Part shown: one piece after another, positions 38,291-38,859 of the stretch | Layout of the letters: the number at the start of each line of letters is the position of its first letter | Numbering within the stretch: the first letter of the stretch is position 1 | Virus record (IMG/VR): IMGVR_UViG_2711768001_000013 | DNA: 38,859 nucleotides | Strand: one strand, 5' to 3' | Source: a virus | Lineage: Duplodnaviria; Heunggongvirae; Uroviricota; Caudoviricetes | The notes under the pieces: generated by a model | Told to the model about the DNA's origin: nothing | The model's database searches: none | Seen by the model: only the letters and a program-made list of their open reading frames with translations | Made by a program: the position numbers and the translations under genes

Positions 38291-38859
38291 GATAATTGCA
38301 AAGAAAATTCCTTAAGTTTCTGAGATTCTTCCATTTTGCCAATTATACGATTAGCCTCATCCTCGCTTTTACCCTCACTGATCAGCATTTCTTTCAGGTC
38401 TATAGGCTTACGAGAATTGCCAGGATTGTGCCACTCTGGACAAACGCTTTCTAAATGCGTCATGTTTGCGAGATCAAATCGGTTCATATGCCCATACAGA
38501 GAATAGATTTCATCTAAAATCCGGATATCTGCACGGCTCAACTCATCAAAGACCTCGTCTGCATCCATTTCCCTCGGATCTGAACGCAACAACACATCAT
38601 GCCCGTTCGTCTCTATCAGGTTGTACCAGTAGTCACCAATACCTTCAGCCTTACCACGAATCAAGTTCAGCGTATTCGACATGACTGGACCAAATTTCAT
38701 AGAGTAAAGGCTATCTTCGCCGATCATCCTGCCATGCTTCAAAATCGACTTGCGGTTAGACAGATAGAGCAGCTTCATCAATTTCAGATATGCCATGCGC
38801 CCACCTCGCTTAAGAAGTAGGTATGCAGCCATTTGAGCTACTTTTTCTTCGCAAAACAT
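38287..38859 (-). CDS. Panacea (DUF4065) domain antitoxin-like protein
   Basis: MFCEEKVAQMAAYLLLKRGGRMAYLKLMKLLYLSNRK...SLYSMKFGPVMSNT matches the DUF4065 pattern as I recall it; start codon sits at the last bases of the window. Confidence 0.6.
   Translation of the reverse strand: MFCEEKVAQMAAYLLLKRGGRMAYLKLMKLLYLSNRKSILKHGRMIGEDSLYSMKFGPVMSNTLNLIRGKAEGIGDYWYNLIETNGHDVLLRSDPREMDADEVFDELSRADIRILDEIYSLYGHMNRFDLANMTHLESVCPEWHNPGNSRKPIDLKEMLISEGKSEDEANRIIGKMEESQKLKEFSLQLS

Noticed and set aside
1-38859. CRISPR arrays, IS/transposon ends, rRNA and tRNA genes, stx toxin genes
   Set aside because: No regularly spaced direct repeats, no transposase ORF or terminal inverted repeats, no RNA-gene signatures; the Q-to-S interval holds a lipoprotein and methyltransferase rather than stxAB.

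Overview
The window is almost entirely one lambdoid prophage of an enterobacterial (E. coli-like) host, lying in reverse orientation to the lambda map. All calls are from reading the sequence and the ORF track; homologies are from memory, no search was run, and hand-indexed coordinates may be off by 1-2 nt. Minus strand, right to left: Cro-like/CII-like immunity genes, an O-like initiator with internal iterons, nin-type genes (PerC-like, Dam, LexA-domain protein, RusA, KilA-N, DUF968), Q (933W-type), a cargo interval (lipoprotein, small wH protein, orphan methyltransferase), a phage-21-type lysis cassette (pinholin, SAR endolysin, Rz/Rz1), a cos-containing spacer, Nu1/A terminase, portal, protease-capsid fusion, the lambda-like tail genes (Z U V G/T H M L K I J), lom, and stf truncated at position 1. 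Plus strand: CI-like repressor, then a pL-like promoter with operator, a ~470-nt leader with no convincing ORF, YfdP/YfdQ-like genes, an AT-rich membrane-protein gene and a Xis-like gene. The right edge holds a convergent AT-rich cassette with a Panacea-domain antitoxin-like gene, an unassignable Cys/His-rich partner and a small ORF; this is my best candidate for an undescribed system. No rRNA, tRNA, CRISPR array, IS element, integrase or att site was recognised. An N-run (23694..24025) interrupts the holin and single N at 6170 and 6446 break J.
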